DNA of 64,000 bases from positions 35,428 through 99,427 of the forward strand of contig CAZKPW010000002.1 of NCBI GenBank assembly GCA_964554785.1. The letters run 5' to 3'. The position numbers and the translations under genes are program-made. Source of the stretch: an uncultured Candidatus Peribacteria bacterium (GTDB lineage Bacteria > Patescibacteriota > Gracilibacteria > Peribacterales > Peribacteraceae). Under the pieces are notes generated by a model. The model did not search any database. It saw nothing but the letters and a program-made list of their open reading frames with translations, and was not told the DNA's origin. Positions 19,457 to 27,680 of this stretch are shown here, piece after piece; positions within the stretch are counted from its first letter, which is position 1; each line of letters opens with the position of its first letter.

Positions 19457-19496
19457 CAACAATGTTTTTGTTGAAATCAGTTTATGAAAATGAGAC

Positions 19497-19641
19497 GGAA
19501 ATACGAAGCACGAAATACGAAATCCGAGGCAAAATTGAAGGCTGAATGTTGAAAGAAAAAAATCTAAAACACTTGTACATTTAGTTTTAACGTTTCAAAT
19601 TTGAACTTTCCTTCGTATTTCGGATTTCGTATTTCGAGCTT
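19497..19641. repeat. imperfect inverted repeat built from TTTCGTA-type heptamers
   Basis: CGAAATACGAAATCCGA (19511..19527) is the exact reverse complement of 19620..19636. The arms extend to about 24 nt with one mismatch and enclose about 90 nt of AT-rich loop. 19497..19523 is identical, as reverse complement, to 59401..59427 inside ileS. Confidence 0.85.
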
Positions 19642-19649
19642 CCCGCAGG

Positions 19650-21050
19650 CTATATCACATTAAAGCTGCCCCGGACCATCCCCATAGAACACATGAAAGC
19701 CAAGGGTCCCGGCTTTGCGGGTGCCGTGAACGTCATGATGTTTTCGCCTGTATGCAGCGGTTGCGAGATATTCAAAGAAGGAATCGTCATAGTGTTTGTA
19801 CATCCAAACGCAGCCGTTCCGTCTATTTTCCAGCGAACCGGAATTCCTGCTTTAATGGTAATGACATTCGGTTCATAGGTGCCGTAGGCGGTGACGGTCA
19901 TGGATACTTCTTGTACTTCGTCAATCATTGTCGGCAATCCCGCATTTTTCTGCTCTTGCATTGTGGGTCCGCCTGTCAGATTGAGCCCCGTAAGCGCAAG
20001 GCCGCTCTGCAGATTGAAAAGGGCAAGTACAAGTACGAGCGTGCCCGAAAACCGGAGAAAGAGATTGAGGGATGTACCTTTGGCATTCGACGAAATGGCG
20101 CTGATGCCAAGGAGTGCGGGAAGCGTACCCAGTGCAAAGACCCCCATAATGACCGCGCCCGTCGCGAACGTGCCGGATGCGAGTGCCGCCAGTTGCAGCG
20201 ATTGGGTGAATCCGCAAGGAAGGAAAAAAGTGAGCGCGCCAAGGACAAAGGGTGCAGCGGGATGTTCACTTTCGGACAGTCCTGCAATCCAATGCGATAT
20301 TTTTTTCGGCGGTTTGATGTGAAAGATTCCTTTGGGGACAATACCCAGAATACTCAATGCAAGAGAGAGCATCACCAAAGCAACGACAATATTCATATAA
20401 CCGGTCATCCGCGTACTGAGCGTAATGGATTGCCCAATAACGCCAACCAGCCCGCCGAGGACAAAGTAGGAGGCTAAACGTCCAAGATTAAACTGCAGTA
20501 GCGGTTTGAATTTCTGCGCAGCGGTTTCCGCGCGGTGAATGGCATTGTGTTTGGCTGCAAGTGCAAGAAGCAACCCGCCTGTTACCGCCAGACAGCTGCT
20601 GGTTCCCGCCACAAGCCCGATCACAAAAATACCTCCGATAGAGAGGACGCCGGATGTGGACGGAGCAAGGGATACCAGATCGAATGTTTGCAGGATTTTG
20701 TAGAGTGCAAAGATGAGAATCAGCGATGCACCTATTTCCAGCCATTTCCGTTTGTCCGGGGACAGAGCGGACGGTGCGGTGCCATCGACAAGAACGCTAT
20801 AGCCTGCATCTTCAATGACCGCAGAAAGATCGGCACTATCAAGCGTCGTGCCTTTCTCTGTGGTAATACTCGCTATTCCTTTCTTGTGATTCACATTTAC
20901 CGTTTTCACACCGGCAATTTTTTTAATCTTTCTCTCTAGCAAGAGTTCACAGCTGGCGCAGGTCATGCCACCGATGCGGATGGTCTGAGAGCACTTAGGA
21001 GATTGTGGAGACATGAGTAAAAGACTATCAGTATTGAGATGCGGCTGCAC
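19650..21050 (-). CDS. HMA domain - polytopic membrane domain (DsbD_2/TauE-like) - cupredoxin-like domain fusion
   Basis: GMTCASCELL (HMA), membrane core with SSCLAVTGG and FFLPCGFTQ, and a C-terminal beta-rich domain with FGCTNT..FMCSMGM (Cys/Met ligand-like). The start may be Met13. Confidence 0.7.
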   Translation of the reverse strand: MQPHLNTDSLLLMSPQSPKCSQTIRIGGMTCASCELLLERKIKKIAGVKTVNVNHKKGIASITTEKGTTLDSADLSAVIEDAGYSVLVDGTAPSALSPDKRKWLEIGASLILIFALYKILQTFDLVSLAPSTSGVLSIGGIFVIGLVAGTSSCLAVTGGLLLALAAKHNAIHRAETAAQKFKPLLQFNLGRLASYFVLGGLVGVIGQSITLSTRMTGYMNIVVALVMLSLALSILGIVPKGIFHIKPPKKISHWIAGLSESEHPAAPFVLGALTFFLPCGFTQSLQLAALASGTFATGAVIMGVFALGTLPALLGISAISSNAKGTSLNLFLRFSGTLVLVLALFNLQSGLALTGLNLTGGPTMQEQKNAGLPTMIDEVQEVSMTVTAYGTYEPNVITIKAGIPVRWKIDGTAAFGCTNTMTIPSLNISQPLHTGENIMTFTAPAKPGPLAFMCSMGMVRGSFNVI

Positions 21051-21165
21051 AATTTCTGCGCTTCATTTGGATTGTAAATTGTTCAATAACTACGCAGAAA
21101 ATTCTGTGATTGGTTTTTTGTATACATTATTTGTTCATAAATTCCTGATTTAGAGTCCTCTCTTC

Positions 21166-21420
21166 CTATGACAGCAACGACTCGCTTAGCATTTGCCTTA
21201 ATGTCACTTTTCCTTTTGTTGTCTTAAAATACGATTCTCTTCGCTTTGCATCGCCAGCTTTTAGAAATGCTTCATAGAAGATAAGTTGAAAAGGCCGTCT
21301 GCATGCTGTTGATAAAGATTTTCCCAGTTGATGCTCTTCCAGGCGACGCTTTAAATTATTCGTGTAGCCAATGTAGAATTTATGATCTTTAAGACTGAGA
21401 AGGACGTAGGTGTAGAACAT
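21166..21420 (-). CDS. GIY-YIG nuclease family protein (UPF0213/YhbQ-like)
   Basis: MFYTYVLLS..KFYIGYTNNLKRRLEEH..KTTKGK. The ORF track extends to 21459, but homolog-style N-termini begin at the MFYTYV Met. Confidence 0.75.
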   Translation of the reverse strand: MFYTYVLLSLKDHKFYIGYTNNLKRRLEEHQLGKSLSTACRRPFQLIFYEAFLKAGDAKRRESYFKTTKGKVTLRQMLSESLLS

Positions 21421-21668
21421 GGAATGAGCATAGATTTTTTGGAAACCTAGACGCACCATCTCAATGAAATGAATAAAGTAAAATACGGAATTATAGCTTT
21501 AAGCAGAGCAATTTTCCGTTCTAGTGAAACGCAGAACGGTTTTTGTTTTTTGTGTATGTTTTTATGGCGATGAACCATTCGCCTGCGGGCTCAGGTACAC
21601 CGCTCCATAAACCAGTCATCCCCCTTCGGCGAAGCCATAAACCGGAAGCCATACATTTTTGCCATAGC

Positions 21669-21690
21669 AAAAAGCGCACCTCAAGTGCGC
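21669..21690 (-). terminator. rho-independent terminator after tRNA-Asn
   Basis: Minus strand reads GCGCAC-TTGAG-GTGCGC followed by TTTTT. Confidence 0.7.
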
Positions 21691-21708
21691 CTATGGCTGA
21701 CTGGTTTA

Positions 21709-21783
21709 TGGCTCCCTGACTTGGATTCGAACCAAGAACCCTCTCGTTAACAGCGAGATGCTCTACCATTGAGCTATCAGGGA
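21709..21783 (-). tRNA. tRNA-Asn (anticodon GTT), CCA encoded
   Basis: Folded by hand. Acceptor TCCCTGA/TCAGGGA, D-stem GCTC/GAGC, anticodon stem TCTCG/CGAGA with loop CTGTTAA, T-stem CTTGG/CCAAG with loop TTCGAAT, discriminator G, then CCA. Total 75 nt. Confidence 0.95.
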
Positions 21784-21877
21784 ATGCGCAGATGACAAAC
21801 AATGAACTGTGCTCCTTCGGTAAGGAAGCCAAAGAATTCTACCAATCCTGCGCACGAGCGCAATCCATTGTTTTGGC

Positions 21878-22822
21878 TTATTTTCTAGAGAAACGGGCTT
21901 TTATTCCGTCCCATACTTTTTCCAGCCAGATAAAATCTTCACCGCGGAGAAGTCCGCAATATGCCACAAAGGCAAACAGAGAGAATGACCCTGCGTCCAT
22001 CAGTATAAAAATGGCTCCATGAAAGGCTAGGCCGCAGATCATCAGGATGCGACGAAGGGGAATGCGAGGGAGTTGGGGCGGGAGAAGATCGATAATGAAA
22101 TACGGGACAAGGAGCAACAACCAGAGCCCTTCCCACGCAAGAGTTAGCCAGTCCACAAGGGGAGTGACAGGTGTAAGGTAGCTGATAAACCACATGGGCC
22201 ACCGTGCGAACATGGGGTGATGCAGGGCAATATCAACAGCCGTTCCTTTTATCCAGAGCGAGCCGAGCACCTTGTACCAGAATGACGTGCCGTACAGAAT
22301 AAGCATCTGCCAAAGCAGGAGGCGGTAGGGCCAGACGGGCATGGTTGCCGGAGATCGGTGATTGGAGATCGGAGATCGGGGGAAGAGTGAGATACTTCCA
22401 ATACCCGGGGAAATCATCAGAATGAATCCGATGTTCCGAAGCAGCGTGTCTCCACCTCCCAGAATCATGGGATTTTTTTCGTGGAAGGAGAACACGAGCA
22501 GTACGCTGAGGATGGTGCTGATGCGCGGGAAAATACCGAGCATCATGCTGGTGAGAGATGCCAGCAGTATGAGATACATACTAAAGACCGCAGCAGGCGA
22601 AGTAATCCATGTAAAGATGGTAAAACGATAGTGCTGGCGCAAAATTGCAGCGGCAACGTCGCTGCGCATCAGTCCGGTTTCGCTGTAAAATAGAGAAATA
22701 TCAGTCCACTGGTATAAGAAGAAAAACAGAGCAACACCCGCCCACGCCGCACGCATGAGTCCAAAGCCTCGTGCCGTTTGGCGAGTGAAGAAAAATGCGT
22801 TGATGGAACGGATAAGAAACAT
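21878..22822 (-). CDS. polytopic membrane protein, HTTM-domain-like
   Basis: Start placed at the Met whose ATG overlaps the upstream stop (TGATG at 22824..20). It has 8 or more hydrophobic helices. The family call is tentative. It contains an in-frame heptamer repeat at 22350..22384. Confidence 0.55.
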   Translation of the reverse strand: MFLIRSINAFFFTRQTARGFGLMRAAWAGVALFFFLYQWTDISLFYSETGLMRSDVAAAILRQHYRFTIFTWITSPAAVFSMYLILLASLTSMMLGIFPRISTILSVLLVFSFHEKNPMILGGGDTLLRNIGFILMISPGIGSISLFPRSPISNHRSPATMPVWPYRLLLWQMLILYGTSFWYKVLGSLWIKGTAVDIALHHPMFARWPMWFISYLTPVTPLVDWLTLAWEGLWLLLLVPYFIIDLLPPQLPRIPLRRILMICGLAFHGAIFILMDAGSFSLFAFVAYCGLLRGEDFIWLEKVWDGIKARFSRK

Positions 22823-23388
22823 CAGGAGGCGGGGCAGAAAGTATCGTCTGCAACTCTGCGCTCCCATTCGGGTGCCCAGGTATTCCAGAAAGCGGCATTC
22901 ATAGGAGTCGTAATGTACGGCAGTGTGCTCACGCGGATGGCAACGCGCACATGCGTGCCTTCGGGTACATGCAGTCGTTTGCATTCAGTTTCCAAAAAAC
23001 GATCACGCGCAATTTCCATATTTTCGGTCGCATTATTGATGACATTCGTGAGGTATTTAAAATGATTCGCATGTTGCCAGAAGGGATATGTTCCCGGTTT
23101 GAGTACATCGATTTCTTCCCACTCGCCGTCCACTTCTTTTTGTATTTGATAGACGAAAATTTCACGCAGAGGTTCCGGAGCAAATACATCCCACAGTTGC
23201 CACTGGCTGGTGCTTTGAATATAGGGAATCGTATAGGGTATGAGCACCGCTCGCGATGCCACTGCAAAAGAATCTTTGGCATCGCGCGGAATAGTGAAAA
23301 TAAACACGGCAAACATGTGCCACACGCAGAAGAGGACAATAAGTACACGCGCCAGAATCTGCCCTTTGCTGAGTGCAGGAGTCTGCAT
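22822..23388 (-). CDS. hypothetical membrane-anchored protein (188 aa), translationally coupled to the next gene
   Basis: One N-terminal TM helix (ILARVLIVLFCVWHMFAVFIF). The stop overlaps the downstream ATG. Confidence 0.6.
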   Translation of the reverse strand: MQTPALSKGQILARVLIVLFCVWHMFAVFIFTIPRDAKDSFAVASRAVLIPYTIPYIQSTSQWQLWDVFAPEPLREIFVYQIQKEVDGEWEEIDVLKPGTYPFWQHANHFKYLTNVINNATENMEIARDRFLETECKRLHVPEGTHVRVAIRVSTLPYITTPMNAAFWNTWAPEWERRVADDTFCPAS

Positions 23389-23390
23389 GC

Positions 23391-24605
23391 TTATTTTTTC
23401 AGCGGTCGCAGAATCACGATTTCGCGTCCCACCACCTGATCCGGCCTGCGGTAGAGAAGCGAAAGACGTTCAGGATTGTCCGAAGGAATGCCCGGTGGCA
23501 GCATGGGCTCAAAGCCGATATCCGCAAGTTTCTTCCAGGTCTTTTCCAAATAGAGCGGGCCGGTTTTCAGGAACCAGACGGGGAACGTAGCCACAACAGA
23601 GACCCCCGGCAGATTTTTCGCAACGTTTTCCAGGAAGCCGATTTCAATGGCTTCGCATTCCGTTTTCATCTTTGCCGCATCTTTTGCAGTTGGTCTGTCC
23701 GTCAGTCCGGGGCCAAGCGTCGTTTCCGTCACAATCACGTTCGGCAATTCTTTCATTTCAAAATCTTTGGTCGCATCGTGTTTCCACACGACCGACGCAG
23801 TATCTTTCTTCAGAATTTTATATTCCTTGCGCAGCCACTCCAGATTTTTTTCGCAACCGTTCACCGCCTTCAAAGAATTATCGGAGGCAAGAATAGGCCA
23901 TCCGCGGAGCAGGGATTCCATGGGAATGACACCCGTGCCGCAGAAGGGATCAAAAATAGAGAGCGTCTTTTTGGCTTTAGGATTGGTCATGCGTACGGAC
24001 CACTCGCCAAAGTTGAGGAGAATTTGCGCAAGTTTTGGCGGCAGGAGTCCCACGCGCGTATCGCGCACGGGCTTTTCCATGTCACGCTTCGTGTAGTCGT
24101 CCGGATCTTGTACTGCGACCGTCTTTCCAATCCATAAGAACTTGTCATCACCAAGCAGCACGAGTTCACATCCGTGCTTTCCGTCTACGACCCCGCTGTC
24201 TTTCAGAAGTGCAGACACGGCGGGTTTATTTTCGTTGCCGATGTAACGCACCGCTCTGTCTGTTTTTTTCAGGAATTTTTTCCCGTCGCGATACAAATCG
24301 TGCACGGTGGATTTTTGGACGCCGTATGCACGCAGACTAAATGTCACTTTTCCTTTTACGTGTTTTGTTGCTTCGCCCAGAAGACGCGGTACATCGGCGA
24401 GCGTGGGAGCATCTGCAACTTGTTTCACGAGCAGAAAAATCCCGCCCCATTTATTGAGCTGCTTCTGTCCGAGTTCATCGTCTGTTTCAAAAATAAGAAT
24501 GGAGGTGCCAATCATCCGCACTGCTTTAAAGTTGCCGATGCTTGCACTCAGTTCTGCCTGACTGATGCTGATATGGTTTCCGAGGAAGGCTGCGTACTGC
24601 GTCAT
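23391..24605 (-). CDS. class-I SAM-dependent methyltransferase, Trm11/RlmL-like putative RNA methyltransferase
   Basis: LPPKLAQILLN, and motif I FDPFCGTGVIPMESLL. The motif IV region reads VTETTLGP rather than (D/N)PPY. Confidence 0.6.
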   Translation of the reverse strand: MTQYAAFLGNHISISQAELSASIGNFKAVRMIGTSILIFETDDELGQKQLNKWGGIFLLVKQVADAPTLADVPRLLGEATKHVKGKVTFSLRAYGVQKSTVHDLYRDGKKFLKKTDRAVRYIGNENKPAVSALLKDSGVVDGKHGCELVLLGDDKFLWIGKTVAVQDPDDYTKRDMEKPVRDTRVGLLPPKLAQILLNFGEWSVRMTNPKAKKTLSIFDPFCGTGVIPMESLLRGWPILASDNSLKAVNGCEKNLEWLRKEYKILKKDTASVVWKHDATKDFEMKELPNVIVTETTLGPGLTDRPTAKDAAKMKTECEAIEIGFLENVAKNLPGVSVVATFPVWFLKTGPLYLEKTWKKLADIGFEPMLPPGIPSDNPERLSLLYRRPDQVVGREIVILRPLKK

Positions 24606-24664
24606 AAAGAGGAGGTCACGGGAAAAGTTCGAGGATAGAATAGCGGATACGGAAAACTGCGAAG

Positions 24665-26110
24665 TTAGTTACTCCGCATTTCTCGTTTTTCCGCAAGGGC
24701 AATGGATAATCGAGGGAATGCTTTCGAGAGGAGCAGTGTTGTAAGGAGGACAACTGTCGGTAGAAGATGAAGAAGGCCGCGCGCGTAGCCTGTTTGCCGA
24801 AGTGCTTCTGTGGAGAGACTGGTAAAGAGATAGAGAAATCCCTGTCCAATATAAATAATCAGAAAGAATGCCGTAAGAATAGAAAGAGTCGTACCTGCTG
24901 TTTTCCACTTCCAGAGAAGCAGTCCAAAGAGCAGCGGGAAAAGAAGAAGCCAGTTTCCTTCAAAAAATGTATTGATACTAATAGAGAGCAAGACGTATTT
25001 CTGCCATCCAAGACTAAGGCTTGTAAAGGGCTTCCCATTGCCAAAACTAAGACCATGCGACCACTTAAAGAGCAGCCAAGGAATGGCAATACACAGCAGG
25101 CTGATGCCGTACCAGAGAAGGACGTTCAGAATTTCTTTGCGTGTCATCTCATTTTTTCTATAGAGAACAAAAAGGGAGATACAGAGAAGAAGAAGCAGCG
25201 GCGGCAAATACACCAACATGCCTTCGTTTTTGGTAAAAGGAAGAAGGGCAGCGGCTACTGCACCGATTCTAAAGAAAGACATCCGTGATTCTTTTGATAC
25301 CGCATGGACCGCATGGAAGAGCATGCTGATGGCTGCAAAGACATGAACGGATAAAAATGCATCGGCATAGGCATTCGTTCCATGCATAAGGTAGAGAGGC
25401 ATACTGCCCAGTATGTAGAGCCCCGTCAGTCCCCAGAAGCGCCCTGCGTGTCTGCGGATGGCAAAGTACACAAGAATGAGTGCGGCCGCGTACCACACAA
25501 CCTGCACGCTGTTGATGAGCGGATCCGTCCATTCACCGGCTAAGTTTGCCACCCACACTTTGACGAGTGGAACAGTCGGCGGATACGAACTCACGCCGCG
25601 GGGAGAGGTAAGCGGATCTTCTCCGGGGAGAACGAGCGTCATGGCTTGATCCGTATAGTAGAGTTTCCCGCGCATGTTCCACGCATCCAAAGAGTCATCT
25701 AAATAGGTTGGCGCAAGGAGAAGGAAGAAGGTGGAGGCTACCAGAATCTTTGCAGCCATCCAGAGTCCCAATACCAAGAAGCATCCGGTTACCAGATCTT
25801 TCAGAGGGTCTTTTTTGAAGGAAATTCCCGTAAAAATAAAAGGTAATAATTTAAACCGAGCGCATAGGTAAAACAAAATAACTGAACAAATACTATGAAC
25901 AATAAGAAAGGCAGGGAGTGAGAGTTTTAGTCCGGTTCCTATGTGTAGAACGAAGGTTCCAAACATCATAAGGGTCAGACCCATCACGCATCCCAATGCA
26001 ATACGTTCCGTGCGCGCAAGCACTACTGTCTTTCCTTCCAGGATACGGAGAAGAAGAACACCGTTGAGAGTGGGCCAGAGAATGCCGAGAAGAAAAGCAA
26101 CGATCATCAT
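24665..26110 (-). CDS. GT-C-fold membrane glycosyltransferase-like protein (ArnT/PMT family-like)
   Basis: About 12 predicted TM helices with loop segments typical of family 39/83 glycosyltransferases. The start is placed at the ATGA overlap with the upstream stop (26110). The call is tentative. Confidence 0.5.
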   Translation of the reverse strand: MMIVAFLLGILWPTLNGVLLLRILEGKTVVLARTERIALGCVMGLTLMMFGTFVLHIGTGLKLSLPAFLIVHSICSVILFYLCARFKLLPFIFTGISFKKDPLKDLVTGCFLVLGLWMAAKILVASTFFLLLAPTYLDDSLDAWNMRGKLYYTDQAMTLVLPGEDPLTSPRGVSSYPPTVPLVKVWVANLAGEWTDPLINSVQVVWYAAALILVYFAIRRHAGRFWGLTGLYILGSMPLYLMHGTNAYADAFLSVHVFAAISMLFHAVHAVSKESRMSFFRIGAVAAALLPFTKNEGMLVYLPPLLLLLCISLFVLYRKNEMTRKEILNVLLWYGISLLCIAIPWLLFKWSHGLSFGNGKPFTSLSLGWQKYVLLSISINTFFEGNWLLLFPLLFGLLLWKWKTAGTTLSILTAFFLIIYIGQGFLYLFTSLSTEALRQTGYARGLLHLLPTVVLLTTLLLSKAFPRLSIALAEKREMRSN

Positions 26111-27273
26111 GGTGTTGCAAAAAGGAATGTGTCGGTATCGAATGTGCGAATGACAGAACCTGTTGTAGAGAGAATCTCGCCTTTTTGGTTCACGAGATGA
26201 TTCTTTTCCATGCGGATATCCGGTCGTTCCAGAATGACCCATAATTTTGTATCACGTCTCTCTTGGTCCGGGCGCAGGGGAATACTCGGATACGATTGGT
26301 AACGAAGCACGCTATAGGCGGGAGATCCTTCGGGGGCAAAGAGCACATAGGAATCGTACGACTGCAGCGTGGGCAGCATCTCTTCGGCAAGACTGTAGAG
26401 ATGTTCATGCGTGCGGAATGTTTTTTCGGCAATCGGCGGAGCAATGAATGTGCGGTAATCATCCATGCCGTACTGCATAATTTCATAACCCATACGTGCA
26501 TCGAAGAGCAGCCAACAGAACAGGAACGTACTCCCGACTATGATCCATGCAATACGTTTTCCCGTTGATCGATCGAATGCGTAAAAGAGAAGACCAATCA
26601 ATATGGCAATACCCATGACCGCATAAAAAATTCTATCAACAGACCACGACGGCGGAGGCAGGGTTTGGAAAAGAGTGTCTAAAGATACGGGGTTTGTGGC
26701 AAGGAGCGGCCCCCATAAGAAATTAATGGAGTATGCGCGAAATTCATCCGGTGTCCAGAAACTCCGCCACGCTGTCTGCATTTTTTCCGTAAACGAATAG
26801 CGCCTCCAGACCATGGATTCCAGAACAATGTCTGTCTGTGCAGGGAATCCGAGGCCCAGTTGATCGGTATTCCACATCCATGCATTGTCTTCGCCGGGCA
26901 CCATATTCACCACTTGTATGCCTGGCTTACCCGGAATATGGATGGCGCGTTGCACTTGTTGGCCCGGGTATTTATCCGAATGCCAAAGGAGGACGGCATC
27001 TATGTCTTTTGGGTTCGATACGCGCAGCGAGAGAACATCGACAGGGCGCAGGAAAGGAGTGTCCCAATAAAGATATCCGTCCGTCGCGGTTTCAATCTCT
27101 ATGCCCTCCGCAGTTACTTCCACTCTTGTTAAACTTTGGGCGCCCTTCGGCATGTTGGTGCCGCTCCGAAAATCCCACACATCTGTTTCTTCTGCATGCG
27201 CCAAAGGCACGAGTGTCAGAAAGAAAAGAGCGGCAAATGGAAGAAGGCGGCGCACTTGCGGAGTGTACACCAT
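26107..27273 (-). CDS. hypothetical exported/membrane protein (388 aa)
   Basis: Signal-like LLPFAALFFLTLVPLAHA, with two internal TM segments. Coupled to the downstream gene. Confidence 0.6.
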   Translation of the reverse strand: MVYTPQVRRLLPFAALFFLTLVPLAHAEETDVWDFRSGTNMPKGAQSLTRVEVTAEGIEIETATDGYLYWDTPFLRPVDVLSLRVSNPKDIDAVLLWHSDKYPGQQVQRAIHIPGKPGIQVVNMVPGEDNAWMWNTDQLGLGFPAQTDIVLESMVWRRYSFTEKMQTAWRSFWTPDEFRAYSINFLWGPLLATNPVSLDTLFQTLPPPSWSVDRIFYAVMGIAILIGLLFYAFDRSTGKRIAWIIVGSTFLFCWLLFDARMGYEIMQYGMDDYRTFIAPPIAEKTFRTHEHLYSLAEEMLPTLQSYDSYVLFAPEGSPAYSVLRYQSYPSIPLRPDQERRDTKLWVILERPDIRMEKNHLVNQKGEILSTTGSVIRTFDTDTFLFATP

Positions 27274-27301
27274 TTTTTCGTCGCAAGTATGTTCTCTACT
27301 C

Positions 27302-27616
27302 TTAGAGAATATCGTCTGTCACATATTGATGGAGCCTCTTTTTCATTGCAGCAATAATTTCTTCCGTTGCATCAATGGGGGTATCCAGGGGGAATTCCAG
27401 TTGCTCCAGTTGATAATCTTGTCTCTCATCAAATTTACCGGTGCCGTCCAAAATGGGTCCCAAACTGAAACGGATTTTCCATTTGCCTTCACTTAGAGCG
27501 CTCGACACATTTAAATTTTCTTGAAAGGTGGGATTTTGCTGGCGGATGACGTTTGCAATCTCTTCGGTAATAAAGGCGTTGCGCGCTGTATCTTCTGTAA
27601 ATTTTGTGGTTGGCAT
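27302..27616 (-). CDS. hypothetical protein (104 aa)
   Basis: ORF at the head of the minus-strand operon. No motif recognised. Confidence 0.5.
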   Translation of the reverse strand: MPTTKFTEDTARNAFITEEIANVIRQQNPTFQENLNVSSALSEGKWKIRFSLGPILDGTGKFDERQDYQLEQLEFPLDTPIDATEEIIAAMKKRLHQYVTDDIL

Positions 27617-27680
27617 AAAGATATTATAACATAAAATTATAAATTAGTAAAATACCAGTAAAAGCACGGTAGACGAGGAA

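Noticed and set aside
19752-20477. 241-aa + strand ORF
   Set aside because: It is antisense to the HMA-membrane-cupredoxin gene.
21166-21783. Integrated element at tRNA-Asn
   Set aside because: There is no integrase or recombinase and no direct repeat of the tRNA 3-prime end. Only an inverted 14-mer and a GIY-YIG gene are present. It is kept as a low-interest finding rather than called as a mobile element.
21521-21832. 103-aa minus-strand ORF
   Set aside because: It spans the tRNA-Asn gene and its terminator, so it is not coding.
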